From: an uncultured Steroidobacteraceae bacterium
GTDB taxonomy: Bacteria > Pseudomonadota > Gammaproteobacteria > Steroidobacterales > Steroidobacteraceae
Assembly (NCBI GenBank): GCA_964600315.1
Contig: CAZRKS010000001.1
Span: 7,078-71,077 of the forward strand
DNA length: 64,000 nucleotides
Direction: 5' to 3'
Both the position numbers and the translations under genes were made by a program. The number at the start of each line of letters is the position of its first letter. Positions within the stretch are counted from its first letter, which is position 1. The notes beneath the pieces are model-generated. The model worked only from the letters and a program-made list of their open reading frames with translations, was not told the DNA's origin and did not search any database. Positions 26,700 through 35,117 of this stretch are shown here, piece by piece.

Positions 26700-27689
26700 T
26701 CACTTCGCCGGCGCCGTGCGCGCGGCTGACGGTCGCCGGGCCGGTCGCCTCAGCTTGCGGAAAGTCTCAAGCAGCTTCGCCGTGCGCGTCCCTGCCTGCC
26801 GGTAAGGCCGGCCCGCCGCCTTGAACGCCTCGGACCAGATATGCGCCAACTGCCGCGTGATGTCGCCTGACATCCTGGAATTGCGCGTGCAAGCCTCGCG
26901 GACCACCACGACGCGTCGGCGAAACGACTCGGCCCGACGCAGGTCGCGCATGAATTCCAGCTTGGCGCCGAGCGACTCGCGCTGGTGCCGCGACAAGCTC
27001 GCACTCGCCTTCGTCGCTCCGGCGAGCAACGCGCTGACGGCCTCGATCGCCGCGGCCGCCTCGACCCAGTTGGAGCGCGCGGCCTGCCGGCGACCGGCAT
27101 GGGGCGCAATGTCCTCGTGCCCGCGGAGCACCTCGAATTCGGCCGTGGCTTCCTCCCCGAACACCGGGTCCAGGATCGGCTTCATGTTCGCATCGATCTC
27201 GGCCCAGTCCGCGGACCTGAGCACCTGCCGGGCACGCGGGAAGGCCCGGAGTTCCTCGACGTCCATGTGCCGCCGCAGATGGCCGATATAGCGGTGTGCG
27301 CTCTTGCGCAGCGCGAAGGTGTCGGCGGTCCTGGGATCGGCACGGCAGCGGTCGATCAGCGCGAGCAGCTCGGCGCCCCGCGCCAGGATCTGCACGTGGT
27401 CCGCGAGCAAGTGCTCCACCTGCGGCGCGGAGGGCGGATCGCGCTCCACGAGCTTGCGGAAGACGAGGTCCTCCTTGGGGTGGTGGAAGCGGTCCGGGTA
27501 GTTGGTCATGTAGCGCATGACGCCGTGCATGACCTCGTAGTCGGGCTGCTTGCGCTGGTTGAGCAGGGCCACCTGCTTCTCCAGCAGCCTGAACACCCGC
27601 AGCTGGTAATGGTGCTCTTCGACCAGGGCCCGCAGGATGTCGGGCACCTCCAGAGCCTGTTTGCCACGTCCTCGTGCTGGGGTCGCCAT
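26700..27689 (-). CDS. hemerythrin-like domain protein with helical, basic C-terminal extension
   Basis: 329 aa, GAGGGAGA SD. The N-terminal ~190 aa carry His/Glu motifs typical of hemerythrin/HHE domains (EEHH, FHHPKED, LLADH, HLRRHMDVEE). The C-terminal ~140 aa match no family I recognise and end in KLRRPARRPSAARTAPAK. Confidence 0.75.
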   Translation of the reverse strand: MATPARGRGKQALEVPDILRALVEEHHYQLRVFRLLEKQVALLNQRKQPDYEVMHGVMRYMTNYPDRFHHPKEDLVFRKLVERDPPSAPQVEHLLADHVQILARGAELLALIDRCRADPRTADTFALRKSAHRYIGHLRRHMDVEELRAFPRARQVLRSADWAEIDANMKPILDPVFGEEATAEFEVLRGHEDIAPHAGRRQAARSNWVEAAAAIEAVSALLAGATKASASLSRHQRESLGAKLEFMRDLRRAESFRRRVVVVREACTRNSRMSGDITRQLAHIWSEAFKAAGRPYRQAGTRTAKLLETFRKLRRPARRPSAARTAPAK

Positions 27690-27716
27690 GGGGTCTCCCT
27701 CGTTCAGCCTCTGCCG

Positions 27717-28175
27717 TCAGCCGCGGGTGCTCCGGCGCCTGCCCGCTGGCTTCCTGTTGACCGGGCGCGTCCCCGCGGCCCGCCGTTGCGGTTCGGCGCG
27801 CGCGAGCAGGCGATCGACCTTGTCGCGCAGCTCGGCCATGTCCTCGCCGGTCGGCACGCCCAGGCGCATCAAGACCGCCATGACCCGCTCGTCGAACACG
27901 CCCTGCAATCGCCCTTGGGACGGCAAGCCCATCATTCTGCTCGGCGACCCGGTCCAGTCACTCCAGACCTTGCGGGCCACCTCGTGCAGTTCCGGCTCCA
28001 GCCTGCGGCCTTCTGCGACGAGGGTCCTGAAGTCCGCCCGGGCCCGGTTCCTGTCGGCCCCGTTGGCACGGTTCAGGGACGCCAGCCCGGCGAGGACGAC
28101 GTCGTGGGACGACTCCCGGACGCGCGAAAGCCAGGCGTCGGATTCGGCCTTCGTGCGGATCTTTCGGCTCGGCAT
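27717..28175 (-). CDS. phasin-like granule-associated protein (PhaI/PhaF N-domain type)
   Basis: 152 aa, GGAGAAATC SD. VVLAGLASLNRA...FRTLVAEGRRLE...VFDERVMAVLMRLGVPTGEDMAELRDKVDRL matches the pattern I recall for Pseudomonas PhaI/PhaF (WLAGLGAY...FDxRVxxxLxRLGxPSxxDxxxL). Basic tail. Confidence 0.7.
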   Translation of the reverse strand: MPSRKIRTKAESDAWLSRVRESSHDVVLAGLASLNRANGADRNRARADFRTLVAEGRRLEPELHEVARKVWSDWTGSPSRMMGLPSQGRLQGVFDERVMAVLMRLGVPTGEDMAELRDKVDRLLARAEPQRRAAGTRPVNRKPAGRRRSTRG

Positions 28176-28244
28176 GATTTCTCCGGTGCTCGCAGATGGG
28201 AATGCCCGATTCAGACCCTAGGCCCCGGGATTAGAGCAATCAAC

Positions 28245-28937
28245 TCAGGTACTTCCCGCAAGCTGCGGCAGGTAGCGGCGCGCCACGCGCCGGAACTCCT
28301 CCTGCTTCGGGCCTCGAAGGTAAGGGGTGACCAGCGACATCACCTGGAAGACTCCTTGCGAGAGCGCGTCGTCGTCGACCAGGGCCGGTCCGGCACCCAC
28401 CGGGCGCTGCAGGGCTCGAAAGTTCAGCCAGTAGGTCGTCAAGAGCGAGATGTTGGTCGCCAGCGCGCGCGCCTCGTCCGGCGTCGCATCGAGCGAGCCG
28501 GAGGTGACGAGCGCCCGGCAGTAGGCGCTCAGGCGGGAAACGCCGGACTCGAGACCGCGCAGGAAGCGCCGGCGCAGCACTGGATACGCCGAGCACAGTT
28601 CGCTCAGGTCGCGGTGAATGAACTGGTAGTCCTGGATCACCTCGAACGACAGGTGCAACAGCAGCCACAGGTCGTCGACAGCCTGCCGGTAGCCGGCGTC
28701 GTCGCCGGTGACCTCCGCGACGGCGCCCTGGTAGCGCTCGAACAGCGCCATGACGATGTCTTCCTTGTGGCGGAAGTGATAGTAGAGGTTGCCCGGGCTG
28801 ATCCCGGCCGCATCGGCGACGTGATTGGTGGTGACGTGCGGCACGCCTCGTTCGTTGAACAGGGCCAGCGCCGCCGCCAGGATGCGCTCGCGGGTCTGGG
28901 TCGCTCCGCGCCTCGCGGCAGGCTCGCGCGGCTTCAC
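28245..28937 (-). CDS. TetR/AcrR-family transcriptional regulator
   Basis: GTG start 28937, overlapping the WS/DGAT stop (GTGA). HTH segment RERILAAALALFNERGVPHVTTNHVADAAGISPGNLYYHF. Confidence 0.85.
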   Translation of the reverse strand: MKPREPAARRGATQTRERILAAALALFNERGVPHVTTNHVADAAGISPGNLYYHFRHKEDIVMALFERYQGAVAEVTGDDAGYRQAVDDLWLLLHLSFEVIQDYQFIHRDLSELCSAYPVLRRRFLRGLESGVSRLSAYCRALVTSGSLDATPDEARALATNISLLTTYWLNFRALQRPVGAGPALVDDDALSQGVFQVMSLVTPYLRGPKQEEFRRVARRYLPQLAGST

Positions 28938-30433
28938 GCGCGGGCCCGTCGCTTCGCTGCCTTGCGTGGTGTCGCGGCGCGGGGCGACCTGAGGCCCATG
29001 GCCTTCTCGAGGATCGCGAGTTCCTCGCCGGCATACACGGCGATCCGCTGCGGGCTCGGGCAGAGATCGGGACAGGCCAGGATGCCCATGTCCAGGCTGG
29101 CGCCGAAATTGCTCACCGTGATGTTCAGCGCCTGGCCCGCCAGCAGCAGCGAAGTCGCATACATCGCCTCGAGCCGCGCGCCGTTGACGTACTGAGTCTC
29201 GCGCGGTCCGGGCACGTTGGAGATCACGAGGTTGGCATTGAGCACCTTGTGCGCGAACGTCGTCTTCGCCGCGAGAATCTGCGGGATCATCGCCAGCTGG
29301 GTGTAATTCTGGTAAGTGTCCGCGTCGAGCTCGTGCATGAGCCCCTTGTTGGCGCGGCTCGAGGCAACGACGGCCAGCAGGCGTCGCCGGGGGTTGGCGA
29401 TTTCGGTTCCGAGCGACACCAGGATCTGGCCGACCGCATTGCCGCTGGCCGCGTCATCGGCGCGCTCGCGCGCCACCGGGCAGGCGGCGATCAGCGGCTT
29501 CTCCGGCAGTGCACGCTGCTCCTTCAGGTAGCGGCGCAACGCGCCGCCACAGACGGCCAGCAGGACCTCGTTCACCGTGGCGCCGCCGGGCACGGCCGCG
29601 CCGATCGCCTTCATGCGATCGATCGACAGCGACACCGTGCCGAGCCGCCGGCGCGCGGTCAGCGTGCCGTTCAGGATCGTCGCCGGCGCCGAATACGGAG
29701 CGATCTTGCCCCCACCGGATTTGCCGAGGCTCAGCTCGCCCACCTTCTGCAGCGCCGTGCCCCAGGAGGCGAGCGCCTGCAGGGTGCTCGTCTGCGGGAC
29801 CGGCACCTTCTTTTTGGCCGGTGCTTTCGCGGCGCGGGCGCGCAACTGCTTCAGGTCGACCGCCCAGACCGGCGGCATCCCTCGCGCCGCGGGATCGGTC
29901 GAGCGGATGTACCGGCTGAGTTCCATGCCCCGCTTGCCGTCGAACTGCGAGTGGTGGAGCTTGGTGTAGATCGCGAAGCGCCCGCCCTCCAGCCCCTCGA
30001 TCAGGTGCATCTCCCACAGCGGGCGGCTGCGGTCGAGACGGTTCACGTGCAGGCGCGCAACGAGTTCGCCGAGTTCACGCTGGCCGCCGGGACGCGGCAG
30101 GGCGTGCAGGTAGATGTGTTCGTCGACGTTCACCTTGTCGAGCTTGGCCCAGGCCCGGAACGGCTTGGGTTTGCCGCCGCCGAGCACGCGTGGCCGCAGC
30201 TTGCCCAGCAGCGACTTGCGCTTCGGCTCCGGTGCGACCGTCACGAGCTTGTAGTTGAAAGGCTCGGCCCGCACCGGCGACTTGCGCAGGTAGGCGTGCA
30301 GCTGCTGGAGGTAGTCGCGTCCCGCCCCCTCCGGCAAATCGTAGATCTCCAGTCCGCCGATGTGCGTCGGCGCCGCGACAGTGTCGGAGTCGAGGAAATA
30401 TTCGTCCTGCCGGTTCAGTCGTTGGAAGGCCAT
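28934..30433 (-). CDS. wax ester synthase/acyl-CoA:diacylglycerol acyltransferase (WS/DGAT), paralog 1
   Basis: 499 aa. Active-site HHxxxDG motif (KLHHSQFDGKRG) and N-terminal APTHIGGL typical of WS/DGAT. Basic C-terminal tail. Confidence 0.9.
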   Translation of the reverse strand: MAFQRLNRQDEYFLDSDTVAAPTHIGGLEIYDLPEGAGRDYLQQLHAYLRKSPVRAEPFNYKLVTVAPEPKRKSLLGKLRPRVLGGGKPKPFRAWAKLDKVNVDEHIYLHALPRPGGQRELGELVARLHVNRLDRSRPLWEMHLIEGLEGGRFAIYTKLHHSQFDGKRGMELSRYIRSTDPAARGMPPVWAVDLKQLRARAAKAPAKKKVPVPQTSTLQALASWGTALQKVGELSLGKSGGGKIAPYSAPATILNGTLTARRRLGTVSLSIDRMKAIGAAVPGGATVNEVLLAVCGGALRRYLKEQRALPEKPLIAACPVARERADDAASGNAVGQILVSLGTEIANPRRRLLAVVASSRANKGLMHELDADTYQNYTQLAMIPQILAAKTTFAHKVLNANLVISNVPGPRETQYVNGARLEAMYATSLLLAGQALNITVSNFGASLDMGILACPDLCPSPQRIAVYAGEELAILEKAMGLRSPRAATPRKAAKRRARA

Positions 30434-30445
30434 GGCCTCGCCCCC

Positions 30446-31846
30446 CTATGGCTTCGAAACACGTGCATGGGCACCGCGCGCCGCGCGACCCCTCGCGCGC
30501 GGCTTCAGCTCGAGCGCCGCCTCCAGCTCACGCAGCGCGACCGGCAGCTGCAGCGCCAGGTACTGCACGCTCGGCAGCGTGTCGGGGCAGGCGACGAGGC
30601 CGAAATGCAGGTGCTTGCGATAGCTCAGCACCGTGATGTTGAGCCGCTGGTCCCCCGACAACACTGACAGCGGGTACATGCCGTCGACCTCGGCGCCCCG
30701 GAAATACAGTCGTTGCATCGGTCCCGGCACGTTGGAGATCGTTAGGTTGGTGAACGCCGCCCGATCGGGATCCGTGTTCTCGCGCTTCGGGACCATCATC
30801 ATGAGCTGCATGCCGACGGAATTGACCGCCTTGTGCAGCGACATGGGCATGACCTGGAATTCCTCTTTGGCCGCGCGCATTTCCTTGCGAATGGCCAGCA
30901 ATCGCTTGCGGGGGTCGCGCTGCTGCGTCGCGATCGCGGTGTGGATGCTGGCGACGGAACTGCCGTGCGTGTCGCCCGCGGGGCGCGGCAGCGCGACCGG
31001 CACCGTGGCGAGCAGGCTGTCCTTCGGGATGCGGTCACATTTCGCGAGGTAAGCGCGCAGCGCACCGCTGCAGACCGCCAGCACGACGTCGTTGACCGTG
31101 GCGTTCGCCGCACGGGCGACGGCCTTGATGCGCGGCAGGCTCAAGTCCTGCGTGGCGAGGCGCCGCCGGCTGGTGCTGCTCCCGTTCAGCACGCACCGGG
31201 GTCCGCGCGGGATCAGCGGCACGTCGCGCGAACGCGCCCGCGATCCGCCGACGTTGCGCAGCAACTCCGCGAAGAACCGGCGCCAGTCCTCGTCGGCCGA
31301 CTGCGTCGCCCGGACGGTCACGCGGGCCCTGCGCGGTGTCGACCACGGCGGCAGACTCGGGCTGCGCGGCGACTCGCCGAGGGCGCCCGCGACCTTGTTG
31401 ATCAGCCCGATCCCGTCGCCCAGGGAGTGGTGGACCTTGAGGTACAGCGCGAAACGGTCGGGCCGCAGGCCTTCGATCAGCGTGCACTCCCACAGCGGGC
31501 GCGAACGCTCGAGGGGCAGCGAATGCAGGCGCGAGATCGCAAGCCCCAACTCGCGCTGGCCGCCCGGCCACGGCAACGCCTCGTGGCGCAGGTGGTACTC
31601 GAGGTCGACGTGTTCGGCCGCCTCCAGCGCGGGCGAGTACTTGCCGAGGCCCCGCTTCTCCACGAGCCGCAGGTTGAACGGCTCGCTGTCCACGGCGCAG
31701 CGCGCGAGCTTCGCGTGCAGTTCCTGCATGAAGTCGGGCGACGCCCCCTTCGGCAGCCTGCAGGTCATCAGGAGCCCGATGTGCATCGGGGCCTCGGGGG
31801 TTTCGAGTCGCAGGAACAAGGCGTCCTGCGTGCTGAGCTTGACCAT
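30446..31846 (-). CDS. WS/DGAT acyltransferase, paralog 2
   Basis: Trimmed to ATG 31846, with AGGAGAA upstream (MVKLSTQDALFLRLETPEAPMHIG). HHSLGDG motif. 466 aa. Confidence 0.9.
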   Translation of the reverse strand: MVKLSTQDALFLRLETPEAPMHIGLLMTCRLPKGASPDFMQELHAKLARCAVDSEPFNLRLVEKRGLGKYSPALEAAEHVDLEYHLRHEALPWPGGQRELGLAISRLHSLPLERSRPLWECTLIEGLRPDRFALYLKVHHSLGDGIGLINKVAGALGESPRSPSLPPWSTPRRARVTVRATQSADEDWRRFFAELLRNVGGSRARSRDVPLIPRGPRCVLNGSSTSRRRLATQDLSLPRIKAVARAANATVNDVVLAVCSGALRAYLAKCDRIPKDSLLATVPVALPRPAGDTHGSSVASIHTAIATQQRDPRKRLLAIRKEMRAAKEEFQVMPMSLHKAVNSVGMQLMMMVPKRENTDPDRAAFTNLTISNVPGPMQRLYFRGAEVDGMYPLSVLSGDQRLNITVLSYRKHLHFGLVACPDTLPSVQYLALQLPVALRELEAALELKPRARGRAARGAHARVSKP

Positions 31847-31984
31847 CGGCTCTGATTCTCCTGCAGGGGCCGGTTCTGCCGCCGGCACTCGTGAGCGATG
31901 ACACGGCCGGGCCCGACCGTCGAGTCGGCGTTCCGGCCTCGCCAGCGTCGCAGGCAGGACTGCTGCGCTCATCCCCCGTTCAGA

Positions 31985-33469
31985 CTACCGGCGCCGCGCA
32001 GCGCCGCGTCCGGGGCTGGTCGGCCGGGCGGCCCGGCGCGAGCCTGAGCCGGTCGTACGCCGGCCGGCGAGCGCCCGCTCGAGTTCGTCGAGTGACTCCA
32101 GGATGAGCCCGCCGACCCGCCGCGGATCCGGGAGCAGATCCGGACAGACCAGCACGGCCACGTCGAGCATGTTCCGGCGGCTGATCACGGTGATGTTCAT
32201 CGCCTGTCCCGGCACGAGCAGCGACATCGGGTAGTCCGCCTCGATCAGGGCCCCGTTCGAATAGCGCTTCTCGCGCAGGCCCACGACGTTCGAGATCACG
32301 ACGTTGTGGGCGTGCGCCTTCTCGGCCCGGCCGAAAATCGTGAACAGGATGTAGGGCAGGCCGATCAGGCCCATGTAGATGTTGAGCGCCGTGGGCGACG
32401 GCAGGCCGTGGATCAGTTCCTTCGCGTGCTGGCTCGACGAGCGCACGGCCTCGAAGCGCCGCACGGGATCCTTGAGATGCGTCGCGAGCGAAACCTGGCC
32501 GGACGCAATCGCATTGCCGCCGGCCTGGCCGCCGGCCCGGGTCACGGCGACGATCATGTTGGCGACCAGCGCCTCCTTCGGCAACGCGTGCCGCCCGAGC
32601 AGATAGCGGCGGAGCGCGGCGCCGCAGATGGCCATCACGACGTCGTTGATCGTCGCGCCCTGGGACCTGGCCAGCCGCTTGAGGCGCGACAGCGGGAGCC
32701 GCGTGACACCGATCTCGCGCTGGGCCGTGACCTTGCCATTGAGGATGCTGTCGGGTGCGCGGTAGATCGGCACCAGGCCGCCGTCGGTCGGATGCCGATA
32801 CGAGTCGATCACCCGGCCGAACGCGGTGCCGAGTTCGCTCACGACCTCGACGCCGTCGCTCACGCCGGCGCGGCCGCGTTCCAGCCAGCCGCGCGCGGGT
32901 TCCGCGCTCCGCCCGCCCCGCTTCGTCGCCGCCGCTTCGCTCCTCTCCTCCATGGTCACGCCCCAGAACGGCAGCAGCCCGCGTTCGTCGGGGTCCGCGC
33001 TGGTGGTCTCGCGGTAGAGCCGCATGCCCCACTGGCCATCGACGTACGCGTGATGGATGCGCGAGAAGGTTGCGTACCGGTTGCCAGGGAGGCCCTCGAT
33101 CAGGTGGTGCTCCCACAGCGGCCGCGAGCGGTCGAGCAGCCCGGAGTTGAGGCGCGAAACGAGTTCGAACAGTTCGTTCTCCGTCCCCGGCCACGGCAAC
33201 GCGTGATGGAAGATGTGCCTGCGAAGGTCGACCGCGTCGAGGACCTTCCAGCCAGGGATACCCGGCAGCGGCCCGCTCGCCGTGTACAGGTAGTTGAAAG
33301 GCGCGCCGTTCGCAGGGATGTTCATCAGCTGATCGCGCAGCTTGCGCACGTAGTCGCGACCCGCGCCGGGCGGCTTGCGCAGGATCTGCACGCCGGCGAC
33401 GTGCATCGGCGTCTCGGGCGACTCCATCGTCAGCATCATGATGTCCATCGGATTCATCGACTTCAGCAT
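31985..33469 (-). CDS. WS/DGAT acyltransferase, paralog 3
   Basis: Trimmed to ATG 33469 (MLKSMNPMDIMMLTMESPETPMHVAG). HHAYVDG motif. 494 aa. Close paralog of the next gene. Confidence 0.9.
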   Translation of the reverse strand: MLKSMNPMDIMMLTMESPETPMHVAGVQILRKPPGAGRDYVRKLRDQLMNIPANGAPFNYLYTASGPLPGIPGWKVLDAVDLRRHIFHHALPWPGTENELFELVSRLNSGLLDRSRPLWEHHLIEGLPGNRYATFSRIHHAYVDGQWGMRLYRETTSADPDERGLLPFWGVTMEERSEAAATKRGGRSAEPARGWLERGRAGVSDGVEVVSELGTAFGRVIDSYRHPTDGGLVPIYRAPDSILNGKVTAQREIGVTRLPLSRLKRLARSQGATINDVVMAICGAALRRYLLGRHALPKEALVANMIVAVTRAGGQAGGNAIASGQVSLATHLKDPVRRFEAVRSSSQHAKELIHGLPSPTALNIYMGLIGLPYILFTIFGRAEKAHAHNVVISNVVGLREKRYSNGALIEADYPMSLLVPGQAMNITVISRRNMLDVAVLVCPDLLPDPRRVGGLILESLDELERALAGRRTTGSGSRRAARPTSPGRGAARRR

Positions 33470-33530
33470 CGCTGCAAACCTCCCGCTGCCTGACCTCTTC
33501 CCCGGCTCCTCGCAACACCGGCACCCGATC

Positions 33531-34946
33531 CTACCGCTTCCTGGCGAGCGCCCGTTCGAGCTCGTCCAGCGATTCCGCGATGGCCTCGCCGACACGCTGC
33601 GGACCGGGGACCACGCTCGGGCAGACGAGCACGGCCACGTCGAGCATGTTCGCGCGGCTGATGACCGTGATGTTCATCGCCTGGCCCGGCACGAGCAGCG
33701 ACATCGGGTAGTCGGACTCGACCAGCGCCCCGTTGACGTAGCGCCTTTCGCGAAGGCCGATGAGGTTGGAGATGACGACGTTCTGGGCCCGCGCCCTGTC
33801 GGCCCGGCCCAGGATCGTGTAGAGCGCGAACGGCACGCCGGTCAGGCCCATATAGAGGTTGAGCGCCGTCGGCGAGGCCATGCCGTGGATGTGGTCCTTC
33901 GCGCGCCGGCTCGACGAGCGCACGGCCTCGAAACGCTTGACCGGGTCCCTGAGGTGGGTCGCCAGCGACACCTGCGCGGCCGCAACGGCGTTGCCGGCGC
34001 TCGCGCCCTGCTGACGTGCGACGGCCACGATCATGCCCGCGATCAGCGCCTGCTTGGGCAGGGCGTCGCGCTCCAGCAGGTAGCGCCGCAGGCCGCCGCC
34101 GCAGATGGCCAGCACGACGTCGTTGACCGTCGCACCGTGCGCCCGGGCCAGCCGCTTGATGCGCGCCAGCTCGAATTGCGTGACGCCGATCTCGCGTCGC
34201 GCGGTGACCTTGCTGTTCAGGATGCAGAGCGGCGCCTGGTAGATCGGCACGAGGCCGCCGTCCGTCGGATGCCGGCGCGCTTCGAACAGGTGGCCGAATG
34301 CGGCGCCCAGTTCGGTCACGGCCTCGACGCCTTGATCGAGGCCGGCGCGGCCCCGTTCCAGCCAGCCCGGCGTGGGCGGCCCGCCGCGCGGGGAAGCCCT
34401 CTTCGGCGTCGCAGCGGGCTTCTCGTGGATTTCCACGGCCCAGTACGGCAGCAGCCCGCGGACGTTCGGGTCCGGACTGGTGGTCGCCTCGTGCAGCTTC
34501 ATGCCCCACTGGCCGTCGATCAGCGCGTGGTGCACGCGCATGAACGTGGCATAGCGCTGCCCCGCGAGACCCTCGATCAGGTGGTATTCCCAGAGGGGCC
34601 GCGAGCGATCGAGGTGACTCGAGTTGAGGCGCGAGACGAGCTCGAACAGTTCCGCCTGCGTCCCTGGCCAGGGCAGCGCGTGGTGGAAGACGTGCTCCCG
34701 GAGGTCGACCTCGTCCAGCACTTGCCACGCGGGCACGCCCGGCACCAGCCCGCTGGCGGCGTACCGATAGTTGAAGGGGGCGGCGCGCGCCGGGATGCGC
34801 AGCAGCTGGTCGCGCAGCTTGCGCACGTAATCGCGGCCTGCGCCGCGGGGTTTGCGCAGGATTTGCACGCCACCGATGTGCATCGGCGTTTCCGGTGACT
34901 CCATCGCCAGCAGCATGGCGTCCAGCAGGTTCATCGATTTCAGCAT
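33531..34946 (-). CDS. WS/DGAT acyltransferase, paralog 4
   Basis: 471 aa (MLKSMNLLDAMLLAMESPETPMHIGG). HHALIDG motif. First gene of the minus-strand string. Confidence 0.9.
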   Translation of the reverse strand: MLKSMNLLDAMLLAMESPETPMHIGGVQILRKPRGAGRDYVRKLRDQLLRIPARAAPFNYRYAASGLVPGVPAWQVLDEVDLREHVFHHALPWPGTQAELFELVSRLNSSHLDRSRPLWEYHLIEGLAGQRYATFMRVHHALIDGQWGMKLHEATTSPDPNVRGLLPYWAVEIHEKPAATPKRASPRGGPPTPGWLERGRAGLDQGVEAVTELGAAFGHLFEARRHPTDGGLVPIYQAPLCILNSKVTARREIGVTQFELARIKRLARAHGATVNDVVLAICGGGLRRYLLERDALPKQALIAGMIVAVARQQGASAGNAVAAAQVSLATHLRDPVKRFEAVRSSSRRAKDHIHGMASPTALNLYMGLTGVPFALYTILGRADRARAQNVVISNLIGLRERRYVNGALVESDYPMSLLVPGQAMNITVISRANMLDVAVLVCPSVVPGPQRVGEAIAESLDELERALARKR

Positions 34947-35057
34947 CGCCGCAAACTCAACCGCCCGGCACTCTCACCCGTTCTCGTAGCACCTGTTCGA
35001 GCGGGGGTCCATACGCGGCCGCCACGAGCCCCATGAGCGCGCCGGCTTGCGTCCGGG

Positions 35058-35077
35058 CGTCGTCCGAAGGGACGATG
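35058..35077. promoter_or_regulatory. near-perfect palindromic operator CGTCGTCC-GAAG-GGACGATG
   Basis: 15/16 arm positions are symmetric. Lies in the 171-nt divergent region between WS/DGAT paralog 4 (start 34946) and the SDR (start 35118). Confidence 0.6.
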
Positions 35078-35117
35078 TCCGGGCCGGCGGCGGCACTCAA
35101 CCTTTGGACTCGCTGCA

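Noticed and set aside
31985-34946. Possibility that WS/DGAT paralogs 3 and 4 are an assembly duplication artefact
   Set aside because: The two genes differ at many positions throughout, have different lengths (494 vs 471 aa) and different C-terminal tails, and are separated by a unique 61-nt spacer. They look like genuine diverged paralogs.
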